From a bacterium (GTDB taxonomy: Bacteria; Patescibacteriota; Microgenomatia; UBA1400; PJMF01), in contig JAUNST010000002.1 of the NCBI GenBank assembly GCA_030539095.1, positions 1 to 48,817 on the forward strand: 48,817 nucleotides of DNA, given 5' to 3'. The translations under genes were made by a program, and so were the position numbers. Position 1 is the stretch's first letter; every line of letters begins with the position of its first letter. This document shows positions 7,030 through 17,816 of the stretch, piece after piece. The notes beneath the pieces are model-generated. The model made no database searches and was not told where the DNA came from. It worked only from the letters and a program-made list of their open reading frames with translations.

Positions 7030-9225
7030 ATGGCGCAAAAACCGTTTCAACTAGTTTCTCCGTATCAAGCCGCTGGCGACCAACCAGAGGCAATTGCGTC
7101 TTTGGTGAAAAACGTGCAAGCTGGCGCCAAAGCCCAAGTGCTTTTGGGCGTCACCGGCTCTGGCAAAACTTTTACCATGGCGAATTTGATTGAAAAAACT
7201 CAAAAACCAACCTTAGTTTTGGCACATAACAAAACTTTAGCCGGCCAACTCTATCAAGAACTGCGTGATTTCTTTCCCGAAAATGCCGTTTCTTACTTTG
7301 TTTCTTACTACGATTATTATCAGCCAGAGGCTTATATCAGCGCTACTGATACGTATATCGAGAAAGAAGCGACGATTAATGACGAAATCGACCGTTTACG
7401 TTTAAGCGCTACTACTAATTTGCTCACTCGTCAAGATGTGATTGTAGTGGCTTCAGTTTCTTGTATTTATAATTTGGGTTCTCCGGCAGACTACAATGCC
7501 TCGATTTTGGAAATAAAAGAAGGCGAGTTGATTAGCCGAGAAAGTTTGGTGGCGCGCTTGCGAGCGATGCAATATCAAAACTCTCCTTACGATCTCAAGC
7601 GCGCCACTTTCCGTTTGGCTGGTGATACGATTCAAGTTTGGCCAGCCGATCGTGGTCATATCTGGATTATCGATACTTTAACCGATCGCATAAGTAAAAT
7701 TGAAGCCTTAGATCCGCAAAGCGGGCAAGTTATTGAGCCGCCCGAGTTTGCCTATCAGCAACCCGGGCGTCGTTTGATCACGATTAATCCGGCTAAACAC
7801 TATGTGGTAAGCGATAAAAATTCTCAGGAAGCTTCTTTGGCGCAAATTCGCGCCGACCTGAAAACTCGTTTAGAACAATTACGCTTGAGCAACAAAATCA
7901 TCGAGGCTTATCGTTTAGAGCAAAAAGTGAATCACGATTTGGAGCAGATTAAAGAGTTTGGTTTTGTTAATGGAATTGAAAATTATTCTCGTTATTTCGA
8001 TGGCCGTTCCCAGGGAGATCCGCCTTTTACGCTTTTGGATTATTTCCGCGAAAATACTAAGATTTTTAATCAAGATGGTTTTTTAACGATTATGGATGAA
8101 AGTCACATGAGTATCCCCCAAGTACGAGGCATGTATTTTGGTGACTTTTCTCGTAAACAAAATCTGATTAAATACGGTTTCCGTTTACCCAGCGCTTTAG
8201 ATAATAGACCTTTAAAATTTAATGAATTTTTAGAACGTAATGATCAATTCGTTTTTGTGAGCGCCACTCCAGCTGAATGGGAAACGCAGATGGCAAATGG
8301 TAAGATTGTTGAACAATTGATTCGTCCAACTGGTTTAGTTGATCCGGAAACAGAAATTCGCCCAACGCAAAATCAAATTCCAGATTTAATTAAAGAAATT
8401 TGGCAACGCAAGCAGCTTGGCCAAAGAGTTTTAGTGACCGTACTTACTAAAAGAATGGCAGAAACTCTCACCGATTATTTAAATGACGAAGATAAAATGA
8501 AGGCTGTTTTGCGACAATTTGATTTATTGCCAGCAACTTTTCAAGCTGACCAACTGCCAAAGGTGGCTTATTTGCATTCCGACGTGGAAACTTTGGATCG
8601 CAGTGATATTTTAGCCGACTTGCGAAGTGGTAAATATGACGTTTTGATCGGGATTAATCTCTTACGTGAAGGTTTGGATTTACCGGAAGTTTCTTTAGTT
8701 GCAATTTTGGATGCTGATAAAGAGGGTTTTCTGCGAAGTGATACTTCTTTAATTCAGACTATTGGCAGGGCGGCTCGCCATTTAAATGGAAAAGCGATTT
8801 TATACGCAGATCGTTTGACTGGTTCTATGGAGCGCGCTTTGGAAGAAACTGCTCGCCGCCGCACTTTTCAGTTAAATTTTAATCAAAAACATGGTATCAC
8901 GCCCAAAACTGTCACGAAGGAAATTCGAGAAAAGCTACTTGAACGTCCAGATAAAGATTTAACTGAAGCAGAAAAAATGCAAAAGCAGGCGTGGGGGCAA
9001 AATCAGACGCAAACTGGCAAAAAAAAGTCTAAAAAGTCCACTTTAGTTCAATTAGATAAGAAAACGGTCATCGATCTCACTGATTTTGCCGCTGATAATC
9101 TAACTCCTTATGAACGGCGCCAATTACGACCGAAAATTAAGCGGCGCATGACAGAAGCGGTGAAAGTGATGGATTTTGAATTGGCGGCTCTTTTGCGCGA
9201 CTTGCTAAAAACTGTCCAAATTTAA
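7030..9225 (+). CDS. uvrB: Excinuclease ABC subunit B
   Basis: 731 aa with GVTGSGKT, DESH and a C-terminal UVR-like helix. TATAAT at 7017-7022 lies 7 nt before the ATG. Confidence 0.95.
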   Translation: MAQKPFQLVSPYQAAGDQPEAIASLVKNVQAGAKAQVLLGVTGSGKTFTMANLIEKTQKPTLVLAHNKTLAGQLYQELRDFFPENAVSYFVSYYDYYQPEAYISATDTYIEKEATINDEIDRLRLSATTNLLTRQDVIVVASVSCIYNLGSPADYNASILEIKEGELISRESLVARLRAMQYQNSPYDLKRATFRLAGDTIQVWPADRGHIWIIDTLTDRISKIEALDPQSGQVIEPPEFAYQQPGRRLITINPAKHYVVSDKNSQEASLAQIRADLKTRLEQLRLSNKIIEAYRLEQKVNHDLEQIKEFGFVNGIENYSRYFDGRSQGDPPFTLLDYFRENTKIFNQDGFLTIMDESHMSIPQVRGMYFGDFSRKQNLIKYGFRLPSALDNRPLKFNEFLERNDQFVFVSATPAEWETQMANGKIVEQLIRPTGLVDPETEIRPTQNQIPDLIKEIWQRKQLGQRVLVTVLTKRMAETLTDYLNDEDKMKAVLRQFDLLPATFQADQLPKVAYLHSDVETLDRSDILADLRSGKYDVLIGINLLREGLDLPEVSLVAILDADKEGFLRSDTSLIQTIGRAARHLNGKAILYADRLTGSMERALEETARRRTFQLNFNQKHGITPKTVTKEIREKLLERPDKDLTEAEKMQKQAWGQNQTQTGKKKSKKSTLVQLDKKTVIDLTDFAADNLTPYERRQLRPKIKRRMTEAVKVMDFELAALLRDLLKTVQI

Positions 9226-9239
9226 TTAGCAATTAATAC

Positions 9240-9267
9240 TTGACACTGCTAAAAAATCCGCTATAAT
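9240..9267 (+). promoter_or_regulatory. Sigma70-like promoter TTGACA-N16-TATAAT for lon
   Basis: TTGACA at 9240-9245 and TATAAT at 9262-9267. Confidence 0.55.
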
Positions 9268-9269
9268 TG

Positions 9270-11627
9270 ATGCCCAACATGTTAAACAAAACGGATAAAA
9301 ATCAAAACGATCAAATTTTAGTTTTGCCAGTGGCGCCTTTGAAAGAAGGTACTATTTTCCCTGGACTAGAGACAAAAATGCTTTTTTCTCGTCCGCTTTC
9401 GCAGGCAGCTTTGCGCGCCTGCGGCAAAACTAAAAACTTAGTTTTTGTCACTACTCAAAAAGATGGCAAAATCGACGTGCCCACCACTGGTCAACTTTTC
9501 CGTGTCGGCGTCATTATCGAAATTAAAAGTACTGAAGTGGTGCCGGAAGGCATTATGGCCACTTTTCGCGCCGTCAATCGCGGTAAAGTTTTGAGTTGGC
9601 TCAAACGACGCGAAATCATGATTGCTCAAGTAGAAATGCTGCCAGATGTGGAAGATTTACCTAAAGAGCAGCTGAGAGTGATGAGCAATCATTTGCTAGA
9701 AGCTTTTTTGCGTTTGGTTCATTTAGGTAGCGTTAGCAATAGCGAAGAATTTGTAAAATTTTTGCGTCAAGTGCCTCCGAGTGAAGTCGCTGATCACATC
9801 GCCAATGTTCTGACTGCTTCTTTGGAAAGAAAACAAAAAATCCTGGAAACGCTCAATATTGGTGAACGTTTACAATTGGTTTTGGAGCAATTGGAAACAG
9901 AGTTGCAAATTGTTCAGGTGGAAAAACAAGTTATTGCCAAAACAAATGCTAAATTCGAAAAGAATATGAAGGAGAGCATTTTGCGTGAACGTTTGCAAAT
10001 GATTCAAAAAGAATTGGGCGATACGGACGACGAAGAAGAAGTGGCAGACGAATACAATAAACAGCTGGAAAAGTTAAAAACCAGCGATGATAATAAAAAG
10101 AAAATTAATAAAGAGCTCAAACGTTTTCGGCAAACGCCAACTATGAGTCCGGAAAGCGGTTATTTACGCACTTGGTTGGATACGGTTTTTGAATTGCCTT
10201 GGGGCAAATTGAGTCATGACCAATTAGATCTCAAAGAAGCAGCAAAAATTCTTGATCAATCGCATTACGGTTTGACTGAAGTCAAAGATCGTATTCTGGA
10301 ATATATTGCTGTTTTGCAATTGCGTGAAAAACAAAAACAAGCAAAAAAAACGCCGACTATTTTATGTTTTGTTGGTCCGCCAGGAGTAGGCAAAACTAGT
10401 ATCGGCAAGAGTATTGCTCAAGCTCTCGGTCGCCAATTCACCAAAATTTCTTTGGGTGGCGTGCACGACGAAGCGGAAATTCGTGGTCACCGACGTACTT
10501 ATGTTGGCGCCATGGCGGGTAGAATTATTACTGGTTTAAAACAGGCCGGCACGGCCAATCCGGTTTTTATGCTTGATGAGATCGATAAAATGGCTCATGA
10601 TTATAAAGGTGATCCTTCTTCTGCGCTGTTGGAGGTTTTAGATCCTGCTCAAAATCAGAGTTTTGAAGATCATTATTTAGACATGCCTTTTGATCTGTCG
10701 CAAGTGATTTTTATTGCTACAGCCAATACTTTAGATATTCCTTCTCCACTTTTGGATCGGATGGAAATTATCCGTTATAGCGGTTATACCACTGCGGAAA
10801 AGCAAATGATCGCTAAACGTTATCTTCTACCGAATGCGATTGAAGAAAATGGTTTGCAAAAGAAACAAGTGAAAATTAGTGATCGCATTTTGACGAAGAT
10901 TATTGAGACTTACACTCGAGAAGCTGGCGTGCGTGAACTTGATCGTCAATTGAATAAAATCATGCGCAAAATTGCTAAAGATATTTTGGAGAAGCAGCTC
11001 GAAAACGTGACGGTTGACGCAGCTAAATTGCATCAGTATTTAGGCCCAGAAAAATTTGATGTTTCTTTGCGCAATCAAAAAAGCGAAGTTGGCGTGGCCA
11101 CTGGTTTGGCCTGGACTAGCGTTGGCGGCGAAGTTCTTTTTGTGGAAGTAGCAGTCATGCCTGGTAAAGGCGAAATCAAATTGACTGGTCAACTTGGTGA
11201 CGTGATGAAAGAATCAGCGCAAGCAGCTTATACTTTTATTCGTAGTCACGCTCAACAATTAGGAATTGAACAAAAATTAATTGAGAAAAGCGACTTACAT
11301 ATTCATGTGCCAGAGGGAGCTGTACCTAAAGACGGACCTAGCGCCGGCGTAACCATGGTGACAGCTATCGTTTCTGCTTTAACTAAGAAACCAGTTCGCA
11401 AAGACGTAGCGATGACCGGTGAAGTTAATTTACGCGGTCAAGCCTTGCGAATTGGCGGGCTGAAAGAAAAAGCTTTAGCTGCTCATCGTGCCGGTTGTAA
11501 AACTGTTTTAATTCCAGCGGAAAATGAACGCGATTTGGTGGAAATTCCAGAAAAAATTCGCCAAGAAATTAAATTTATTCCGGTGAAAAATGTCACCGAG
11601 AATTTAACTTACGCTTTAGAGAAATAG
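9270..11627 (+). CDS. lon: ATP-dependent Lon protease
   Basis: GPPGVGKTS Walker A, catalytic-Ser motif KDGPSAG, and GGLKEK. The start is ambiguous: ATG 9270 or 9279. The ORF-track TTG at 9267 overlaps the -10 box. Confidence 0.9.
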   Translation: MPNMLNKTDKNQNDQILVLPVAPLKEGTIFPGLETKMLFSRPLSQAALRACGKTKNLVFVTTQKDGKIDVPTTGQLFRVGVIIEIKSTEVVPEGIMATFRAVNRGKVLSWLKRREIMIAQVEMLPDVEDLPKEQLRVMSNHLLEAFLRLVHLGSVSNSEEFVKFLRQVPPSEVADHIANVLTASLERKQKILETLNIGERLQLVLEQLETELQIVQVEKQVIAKTNAKFEKNMKESILRERLQMIQKELGDTDDEEEVADEYNKQLEKLKTSDDNKKKINKELKRFRQTPTMSPESGYLRTWLDTVFELPWGKLSHDQLDLKEAAKILDQSHYGLTEVKDRILEYIAVLQLREKQKQAKKTPTILCFVGPPGVGKTSIGKSIAQALGRQFTKISLGGVHDEAEIRGHRRTYVGAMAGRIITGLKQAGTANPVFMLDEIDKMAHDYKGDPSSALLEVLDPAQNQSFEDHYLDMPFDLSQVIFIATANTLDIPSPLLDRMEIIRYSGYTTAEKQMIAKRYLLPNAIEENGLQKKQVKISDRILTKIIETYTREAGVRELDRQLNKIMRKIAKDILEKQLENVTVDAAKLHQYLGPEKFDVSLRNQKSEVGVATGLAWTSVGGEVLFVEVAVMPGKGEIKLTGQLGDVMKESAQAAYTFIRSHAQQLGIEQKLIEKSDLHIHVPEGAVPKDGPSAGVTMVTAIVSALTKKPVRKDVAMTGEVNLRGQALRIGGLKEKALAAHRAGCKTVLIPAENERDLVEIPEKIRQEIKFIPVKNVTENLTYALEK

Positions 11628-13415
11628 ACGCCGATAAGCGTCGTGCACTTGAGTGGCGGTACTTTCCCAAGTGAAATTCTTTTCCCAAGCCGCCGCCGCT
11701 TTTAGCCAAGCTTGTCGTTTATTGGCACTCCAATCAAGTATTTCTTCGACCTTAGTTGCAAAATCTCTGCCTTGTAAACTAGCTGAATAGAGTGCGTATT
11801 CGCCTGCTACTTCTGGCAGAGAAGAATTTGCTTGGCAAATAACTGGCGTTTGACAACGCATCGCTTCTAGAACGGGTAAGCCAAAGCCTTCATAAGACGA
11901 AGGCTGGATATAAGCAATGGCGCCGGTATACAAAGCACTTAATTCTTGATCGCTACTAACTTTGTTTAAGAAAGTAACTCGACTCTCAACTTCGCTCAAA
12001 TGCAGTTGTTCTTCGATGGCTTGCCATTCCGGGATGGCTTGTGGTTGGAAATTTTTGCCCACCATCACTAAATTAATTTTGTGAGGCAAAAATTTCAGAG
12101 CTTTGATTAGCTGACGTAAATTCTTATTAAAATTAATATCGCCAACATAGAGAATATAATTAGCAGGCAAATGGTATAAATTACGGACAGCTTTAATTTG
12201 TTCAGCAGAAGCTGGTTTCAAAGCCGGATTAGCAGCTAAATAAATTACTTTAATTTTTTTATTAGCAATATTAAATAAGTCATGAATATCTTTTTTGCTA
12301 GCTTGAGAATCCGTAAGAATTAAATTTGCGCGTTGCGCCTGCCATTTTTGCCACCATAAATTAACTTGGCCGCGCTTACCAACCGGAAAATCTTGCGGAA
12401 AACGTAATGGCGTTAAATCATGAATCGTTAAAACCACTTTTTTTTCTTTGGGTAAGTTTTTCAAGCTCCGGGTAAATAAATCAAAAAAAGTGTAATGAAC
12501 CAAATCTGCGTTGCGCGCGCGCTCGACAATCTCTAAGTCAGAAAAATTTTCTAAATAATCTTTAAGCCAAGCCGTATAGCGACCGATACCACGATGGGCC
12601 TGCTCTTTGGCATACGGGCTAGTAGGAAAAAAAACCCTCAGCTTTTTTTTTCCTTCAGCAGCAGCTGTTTCGCAATACTTTAAATAGGCCACGGCGTGAT
12701 GTGCACCACTAAAATAAGCAAAAAGAAAACCCGGCCAACCGTCAACATAGCCGCGATGACGCAAATATAAACTGCAAAAAGTGCTTAATGGCTTATGAAC
12801 TAAGTATTGCCAAGCGCTCCCAAAATTGCGCGGCAATTTACTTTCTGCAAGCTGCATAGCTTTAAAGCTGGTATAGGTATTAAATTTTTGTAAATAGCTG
12901 CTCAAATCCGGGTTGCCGTAGTGCATTAGGTGGCCTTCAGCTTCGCCCAATTTACCTTTCACCGCCATTTGTTCGTGCACATCTTTTTGCGGTAAAAAAG
13001 CTTGCCCGCGCCAGAACAAGCGAATCACTTTATCCGGATATTGACCACCTTTAGTTAGCCAACGGTTGAAAAACAAATTTTTACGAGCAATTTCCCAAGC
13101 AGCAATTTCTTTTGTTTGAGCTTCGTGCGTTTTGATAATAAAATTTCGTAATTGCTCATCAACCACTTCGTCTGCGTCGAGTTGCAAAATCAAATCACCT
13201 TTAGCTGCATCAATCGCCATTTGTTTATTAATATGAAAATTAGCTTTATTAGTTGTCTTGATGATTTTTGCCCCGAACTGTTTAGCGATTTCAGCAGTTT
13301 TATCTGTTGATTCACCGTCAACGATAATAATTTCGTCGGCAAAAGTATCTACGCTCGCCAGAGAGCGAGGCAACATTTTTTCTTCATTGTGGACGGCGTA
13401 AACTACGCTAATCAT
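11616..13415 (-). CDS. Bifunctional glycosyltransferase (N-terminal GT2 fused to C-terminal GT4/group-1)
   Basis: N-terminal half has VVYAVHNEE...DGESTD...LDADE. C-terminal half has ...SSYEGFGLPVLEAM. Confidence 0.8.
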   Translation of the reverse strand: MISVVYAVHNEEKMLPRSLASVDTFADEIIIVDGESTDKTAEIAKQFGAKIIKTTNKANFHINKQMAIDAAKGDLILQLDADEVVDEQLRNFIIKTHEAQTKEIAAWEIARKNLFFNRWLTKGGQYPDKVIRLFWRGQAFLPQKDVHEQMAVKGKLGEAEGHLMHYGNPDLSSYLQKFNTYTSFKAMQLAESKLPRNFGSAWQYLVHKPLSTFCSLYLRHRGYVDGWPGFLFAYFSGAHHAVAYLKYCETAAAEGKKKLRVFFPTSPYAKEQAHRGIGRYTAWLKDYLENFSDLEIVERARNADLVHYTFFDLFTRSLKNLPKEKKVVLTIHDLTPLRFPQDFPVGKRGQVNLWWQKWQAQRANLILTDSQASKKDIHDLFNIANKKIKVIYLAANPALKPASAEQIKAVRNLYHLPANYILYVGDINFNKNLRQLIKALKFLPHKINLVMVGKNFQPQAIPEWQAIEEQLHLSEVESRVTFLNKVSSDQELSALYTGAIAYIQPSSYEGFGLPVLEAMRCQTPVICQANSSLPEVAGEYALYSASLQGRDFATKVEEILDWSANKRQAWLKAAAAWEKNFTWESTATQVHDAYRRLFL

Positions 13416-13423
13416 AGATCTTA

Positions 13424-15889
13424 TTATAACTCACTTTGATAAATCAGTAAATTCGTTTCACCATTGAGATCTGAGTAAGTTTGCGTTGGTTCTAAATTAA
13501 TAAAATTTTCTGGATCACTAATTTTATCTGGACTAACAATAAATAGACTATTAGCATTTTGTTCAAGATCAGCAAAACTAATTTTATCGACAAAAGTATA
13601 TTTTGCGCTCAAACTACCACCCTGGTAAGCAATTGGTTTAGTGCCACGCGCCCAAAGGGCATAGATATATGGTTGCTCAAAATTTGTAGCCACAAAAATT
13701 CGTTCGACATTTTTTTCTTGAGTAGTGGCATAAGCAAAAGCTGTACTTAAATTTTGAGCAAAAAGTTGACTAACAAGATAATGCTCTTGAGTTATTTCAT
13801 CACTTGCGCCAATAGCAAAAGTTTGTTGATAGCGATTAACATAGGTTAAGAAAGAGCAACCAGCTAAAATCAGAATTAAAAATTGAAAACTAGAAACGAT
13901 TTTTACTGGTTGTTTCCACCAGTTCGGCCAAGTTGTATAACCCAAGGTTGCCAGTAATAAAAATCCTGGTAGAGCTAAAATTGCTTGATTACTATGCGGA
14001 ATTTGACTCGTCATCGCAGCTGGCAATAAACCAAATAAAATTAATGCCCAACTCCAAGTGTAAATTTCTTGATTATCTTGACGCACATTTTTATAGCTAA
14101 GCCAACTTGCCAAACTTAATAAAATTAAAAAAACAATTGGTAGACTGAGAACGCCGTTATGATTATCTCCATGCCGCACATTTGGTTGATTGTCTGCGAT
14201 TGTATTTAATTGCCCTGCTAAAAGATATTGGGGCGTGAAATGAGTTATTAGGCCATTACCTAATAACTGAATTTTTTTCAAAGTAGTAATTTTTGAATTC
14301 GTAATAAATGAACTATTGGCTCTAGTTAAACCTTCACCCCAAAAACTATCTTTTAGCAATGGCCAAGCTAAAAGACCGCTAACCGCCAAAGGCAAAATTA
14401 GTAAACGCCAATTTTGTTTTAAGAAACGCCAGTAGTAAATACTTAAAAAAACTAGCCATAGTGGCAAAAAGACTTTGCTACTATGATAGCTATAAAGAGA
14501 AGCTACAAAACAAATACCGCTGATCAAAATTGGTGTGCTGAGCCATTTTTGCCACCAATAAATTTGCGGTTGATCGTCAATTCTTTTAATTTGTTTGAGC
14601 AAAAAATAGCTGCCAGCCAAAATAAAAAATAGAGCAAAATTATTTTCAAAGCATAAACGGCCATAATGAAAACTCCAAGGAACTATAGTGATAAAAAATC
14701 CGGCTACAGCCGCTATTTTTTGATGCTGAGCCGATTTATCTTGAAAAAGAAGATCTGTTAATAGCATCATTAACCAAACGCTCAAAACGCTAGCTAAAGC
14801 AAACGGCAGACGAACAGCAAAATCTTGGTGGCCAAAAATAGCAGTCGCAAAACCGTTTAGATAAATCGCTAAAGGCGCCTTGTAATCACCAAAGGAACGA
14901 AAGGAGACCGGCAGTCGGTTGAGCCACTCATCACGTCTTTGAGAAAAAATACCGTAACCGTTGTAAGCAATAGCCGCTTCGTCAACCGTTAAACCAGCTG
15001 GGATTTGTCCCAAAGCGACAAAACGCGTCAACACTGCCAAAAGCAATACTGCTGCCCAGTAACGGAAAGTCGGATATTGCTTGAGCAACCAATATGGAGC
15101 CAAGAAAAAATGACTCATTTTTTGACCAAAATTGCCATTTTTTCTGGCGAAACGACTACCATTGCGCCAACTCATGCGAGCGATTTTTTCGGCGCCAAAA
15201 ACGTTTTGATTTGTTGTCTCGTGTTCGTGAATAACTTTAGCGGCTGGTTGATAAATAACTTTGTAACCAAGTTTCTGGGCGCGATAAGAAATATCTATGT
15301 CTTCCCAATAAGCTGGATAATAATTTTTTTGATCGAAACCTTTGAGTTGGCGCCAGATTTTTGTTCGGTATAAACTACTGCCGCCGCAAGCCCAAGCTGT
15401 TTCGCCTAGTTCAGTTAAATTTTCATCGCGGCTATGCCAAAAACGACCTTTGCTCCACCAAAGTTTGTTTCTGCCAGCATGTTCTTGCGTTTGCTTATCA
15501 ATTTCTTGAGCAGTTACAGCAAAAACCTTTTTATCTGTCATGGGCGCGAGTAACTGCGCGCGCGCCCCTTTTTCCAAGCGCACGTCATTATTCAACAATA
15601 AGAAAAAATCTGTTTCTACTAATGCTATCGCTTGATTGACGTTGACAGCAAAACGTAAATTTTTTGTTAAAGGTAAAAAAGTAAAATCAATTTTTTTTTC
15701 TTGCAATTTAGTTTTTAATTGAGCAAAAAAATTATCGTGTGCTTGAATGTTCTCTTGGTCAGCTGGGCCATCTTCGCTAATAATAATTCGATCGCCGGCT
15801 TTGGCTTCAGCGATAACACTGGCTAAATTTTTTTGTAATAAATTTAAACCGCGAAAGCTAGGAATTACAAAAGTAATGTTTGCGGTCAT
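13424..15889 (-). CDS. GT2 domain fused to a polytopic ArnT/PMT-like (GT39/83-type) membrane glycosyltransferase domain
   Basis: N-terminal GT2 (FVIPSF...NNDV) plus many hydrophobic helices. ATG at 15889 overlaps the upstream gene's stop as ATGA, so it is preferred to 15916. Confidence 0.7.
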   Translation of the reverse strand: MTANITFVIPSFRGLNLLQKNLASVIAEAKAGDRIIISEDGPADQENIQAHDNFFAQLKTKLQEKKIDFTFLPLTKNLRFAVNVNQAIALVETDFFLLLNNDVRLEKGARAQLLAPMTDKKVFAVTAQEIDKQTQEHAGRNKLWWSKGRFWHSRDENLTELGETAWACGGSSLYRTKIWRQLKGFDQKNYYPAYWEDIDISYRAQKLGYKVIYQPAAKVIHEHETTNQNVFGAEKIARMSWRNGSRFARKNGNFGQKMSHFFLAPYWLLKQYPTFRYWAAVLLLAVLTRFVALGQIPAGLTVDEAAIAYNGYGIFSQRRDEWLNRLPVSFRSFGDYKAPLAIYLNGFATAIFGHQDFAVRLPFALASVLSVWLMMLLTDLLFQDKSAQHQKIAAVAGFFITIVPWSFHYGRLCFENNFALFFILAGSYFLLKQIKRIDDQPQIYWWQKWLSTPILISGICFVASLYSYHSSKVFLPLWLVFLSIYYWRFLKQNWRLLILPLAVSGLLAWPLLKDSFWGEGLTRANSSFITNSKITTLKKIQLLGNGLITHFTPQYLLAGQLNTIADNQPNVRHGDNHNGVLSLPIVFLILLSLASWLSYKNVRQDNQEIYTWSWALILFGLLPAAMTSQIPHSNQAILALPGFLLLATLGYTTWPNWWKQPVKIVSSFQFLILILAGCSFLTYVNRYQQTFAIGASDEITQEHYLVSQLFAQNLSTAFAYATTQEKNVERIFVATNFEQPYIYALWARGTKPIAYQGGSLSAKYTFVDKISFADLEQNANSLFIVSPDKISDPENFINLEPTQTYSDLNGETNLLIYQSEL

Positions 15890-16986
15890 TTTTTCATTTC
15901 TAGTTGCTGCCAACATTTCTTTTCAAAAGCTTTGAGATTAAATTTATCAGCGCGCTTTTGCGCTTGATGACCGATTTCTAGCAAACGTTTAGGATTTTTA
16001 ATCAATTGCAACGTTTTTTTCAAACATTCAGCTTGAGTTATCCAAGATAAATAACTTAAATCGTGACCTAAAATTTCTGTTTGACCGCCTTTACCGATAA
16101 CCACTGGCACGCAACCGGCTGCCATCGCTTCCACAGTGCTAATTCCAAAATGTTCCATCTTTTCCGGATTTTTTAAAGGATCATCATAAAAACCGGTGGC
16201 GTGCCAGTAAATAGCGGCTTTTTGATAATAACGAATTAAATCTTGATGATTAACTTCGGTTAAAATTACAATTGGCAAACCAGCCGCTAGTTTACGCACT
16301 TGGTTAACGTAGGCTTCGCTTTCCACTTTTCCAATTAAGATTAATTTCCAACCTTGCATTTCTTGAGGATATTTTTCCAAAAGTGCCCGGAAAAATTCCA
16401 CCAATACCACTTGATTTTTGCAATGTAATTGATCGAAAAATCTGCCTACATTAAGAATAATTTTTTCTTTTTTCCAAACGGTGGGAGCGAATTGAGCAGT
16501 ATCAATTCCTGGCTGACAAACTAAATTCACTTTCACACCCCAATATTTTTCCACCACTTTTTTAGTAAATTGTGAGTTGGAATTGATGATATTAAAAGTG
16601 CGAAATTTACATTTTTCCCACCAATTTTTGCGTTGCAAAACTAGCGGCACTTGAATGTGCATAATACTGCGGCGCGCTAAAGAAAAAAAGGCACTTCCAT
16701 CTGTGACAAAATAAACGACGTCAAATTTGCTGGTCCAAAAAATTTTTTGTAAGCGCTTACTGTTGGCACCAAACGGGCTAATGATAAAATTAAGAGTGCT
16801 TAAGTCTCTTTGTAAAAAATCTTGATAATCAGATTTTATTTTTTCTAAATCTGTTTTTTTAATATTGGCTGGTAAGGCAATAAAGACTTGGTGCTTTTGA
16901 GCGTAAGTGAGAGCGACATCAAAAAAATATTTCTCTCCCCCGCCAAAATGTTTTGGTAAATATGGGGAGTAAAAAACGATTTTCAT
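15886..16986 (-). CDS. Glycosyltransferase family 4 (group 1)
   Basis: EHFGISTVEAMAAGCVPVV motif. Start 16986 forms an ATGA overlap with the upstream gene. Confidence 0.8.
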   Translation of the reverse strand: MKIVFYSPYLPKHFGGGEKYFFDVALTYAQKHQVFIALPANIKKTDLEKIKSDYQDFLQRDLSTLNFIISPFGANSKRLQKIFWTSKFDVVYFVTDGSAFFSLARRSIMHIQVPLVLQRKNWWEKCKFRTFNIINSNSQFTKKVVEKYWGVKVNLVCQPGIDTAQFAPTVWKKEKIILNVGRFFDQLHCKNQVVLVEFFRALLEKYPQEMQGWKLILIGKVESEAYVNQVRKLAAGLPIVILTEVNHQDLIRYYQKAAIYWHATGFYDDPLKNPEKMEHFGISTVEAMAAGCVPVVIGKGGQTEILGHDLSYLSWITQAECLKKTLQLIKNPKRLLEIGHQAQKRADKFNLKAFEKKCWQQLEMKK

Positions 16987-17804
16987 AATCCGGCTTGCCA
17001 AAGTTTGGCGATTCTTGTTTCCTCTTGAGCATATTTCGACTCAAGCGACGGTTGTTGTTGCAATTCCCAAACTTGAATGTACACCAAACCACGATTAAAA
17101 GCTTGCACAAAACTTTCTACAAAACCGGCCATGCCGTCGCGATAACCTTTTTGCTGCCAATAACGGCGATAAAACTCCATCAATGTTTTACGAATAATAA
17201 TTTTTTTAGTTATTGGTGGTTGCTTGGCAGCGATAAAGAGTTGAGCTTCTTTTAGAGTCCAAGCAGCGCTTTTATGTAAATTATCCGCTGTACAACGGTG
17301 AGTTAAATGAATTAAGGGACTTTTTAGGACTTTTTGGGACCCGCTAAATTGCGGTGACTCATGAATATCTCCTTGCCAACCTTTTAAATCACTTAAACGA
17401 AAAATTCTAGTAACCAAATCGCGTTCCCAACCACCATGTTGTAGATGAAAACCGTAACAAATGTTTTCTCTTTTTAAAGTAAGAGCGCTAATTTGCTCAT
17501 CTTTTATCGCTGTTGCAATTTCATTAGCTAATTCTGGAGTAACGCGTTCGTCAGCATCTAAATAGAAAACCCATTTAGTTTTCACTTCTTTAAGAGCTTG
17601 ATTGCGAATTTGCGCAAAAGAATCAACTTCGCTTGGGCAACAAGTGGCTCCTAAATTCTCAGCTACTTTTTTCGTTTCGTCAGTTGATTGATGGTCAACT
17701 ACAACCACTTTCTCAGAAAAATTTAGCAGCGGCAATAAATTGCTTAAATTTTCTGCTTCATTTTTAGCGATGATAACGATAGTGAGATCAGTAATTTTTT
17801 GCAT
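16983..17804 (-). CDS. Glycosyltransferase family 2
   Basis: IVIIAKNEAENL...DHQSTDET...YLDADE. Confidence 0.8.
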   Translation of the reverse strand: MQKITDLTIVIIAKNEAENLSNLLPLLNFSEKVVVVDHQSTDETKKVAENLGATCCPSEVDSFAQIRNQALKEVKTKWVFYLDADERVTPELANEIATAIKDEQISALTLKRENICYGFHLQHGGWERDLVTRIFRLSDLKGWQGDIHESPQFSGSQKVLKSPLIHLTHRCTADNLHKSAAWTLKEAQLFIAAKQPPITKKIIIRKTLMEFYRRYWQQKGYRDGMAGFVESFVQAFNRGLVYIQVWELQQQPSLESKYAQEETRIAKLWQAGL

Positions 17805-17816
17805 TTTTAAATTTGT

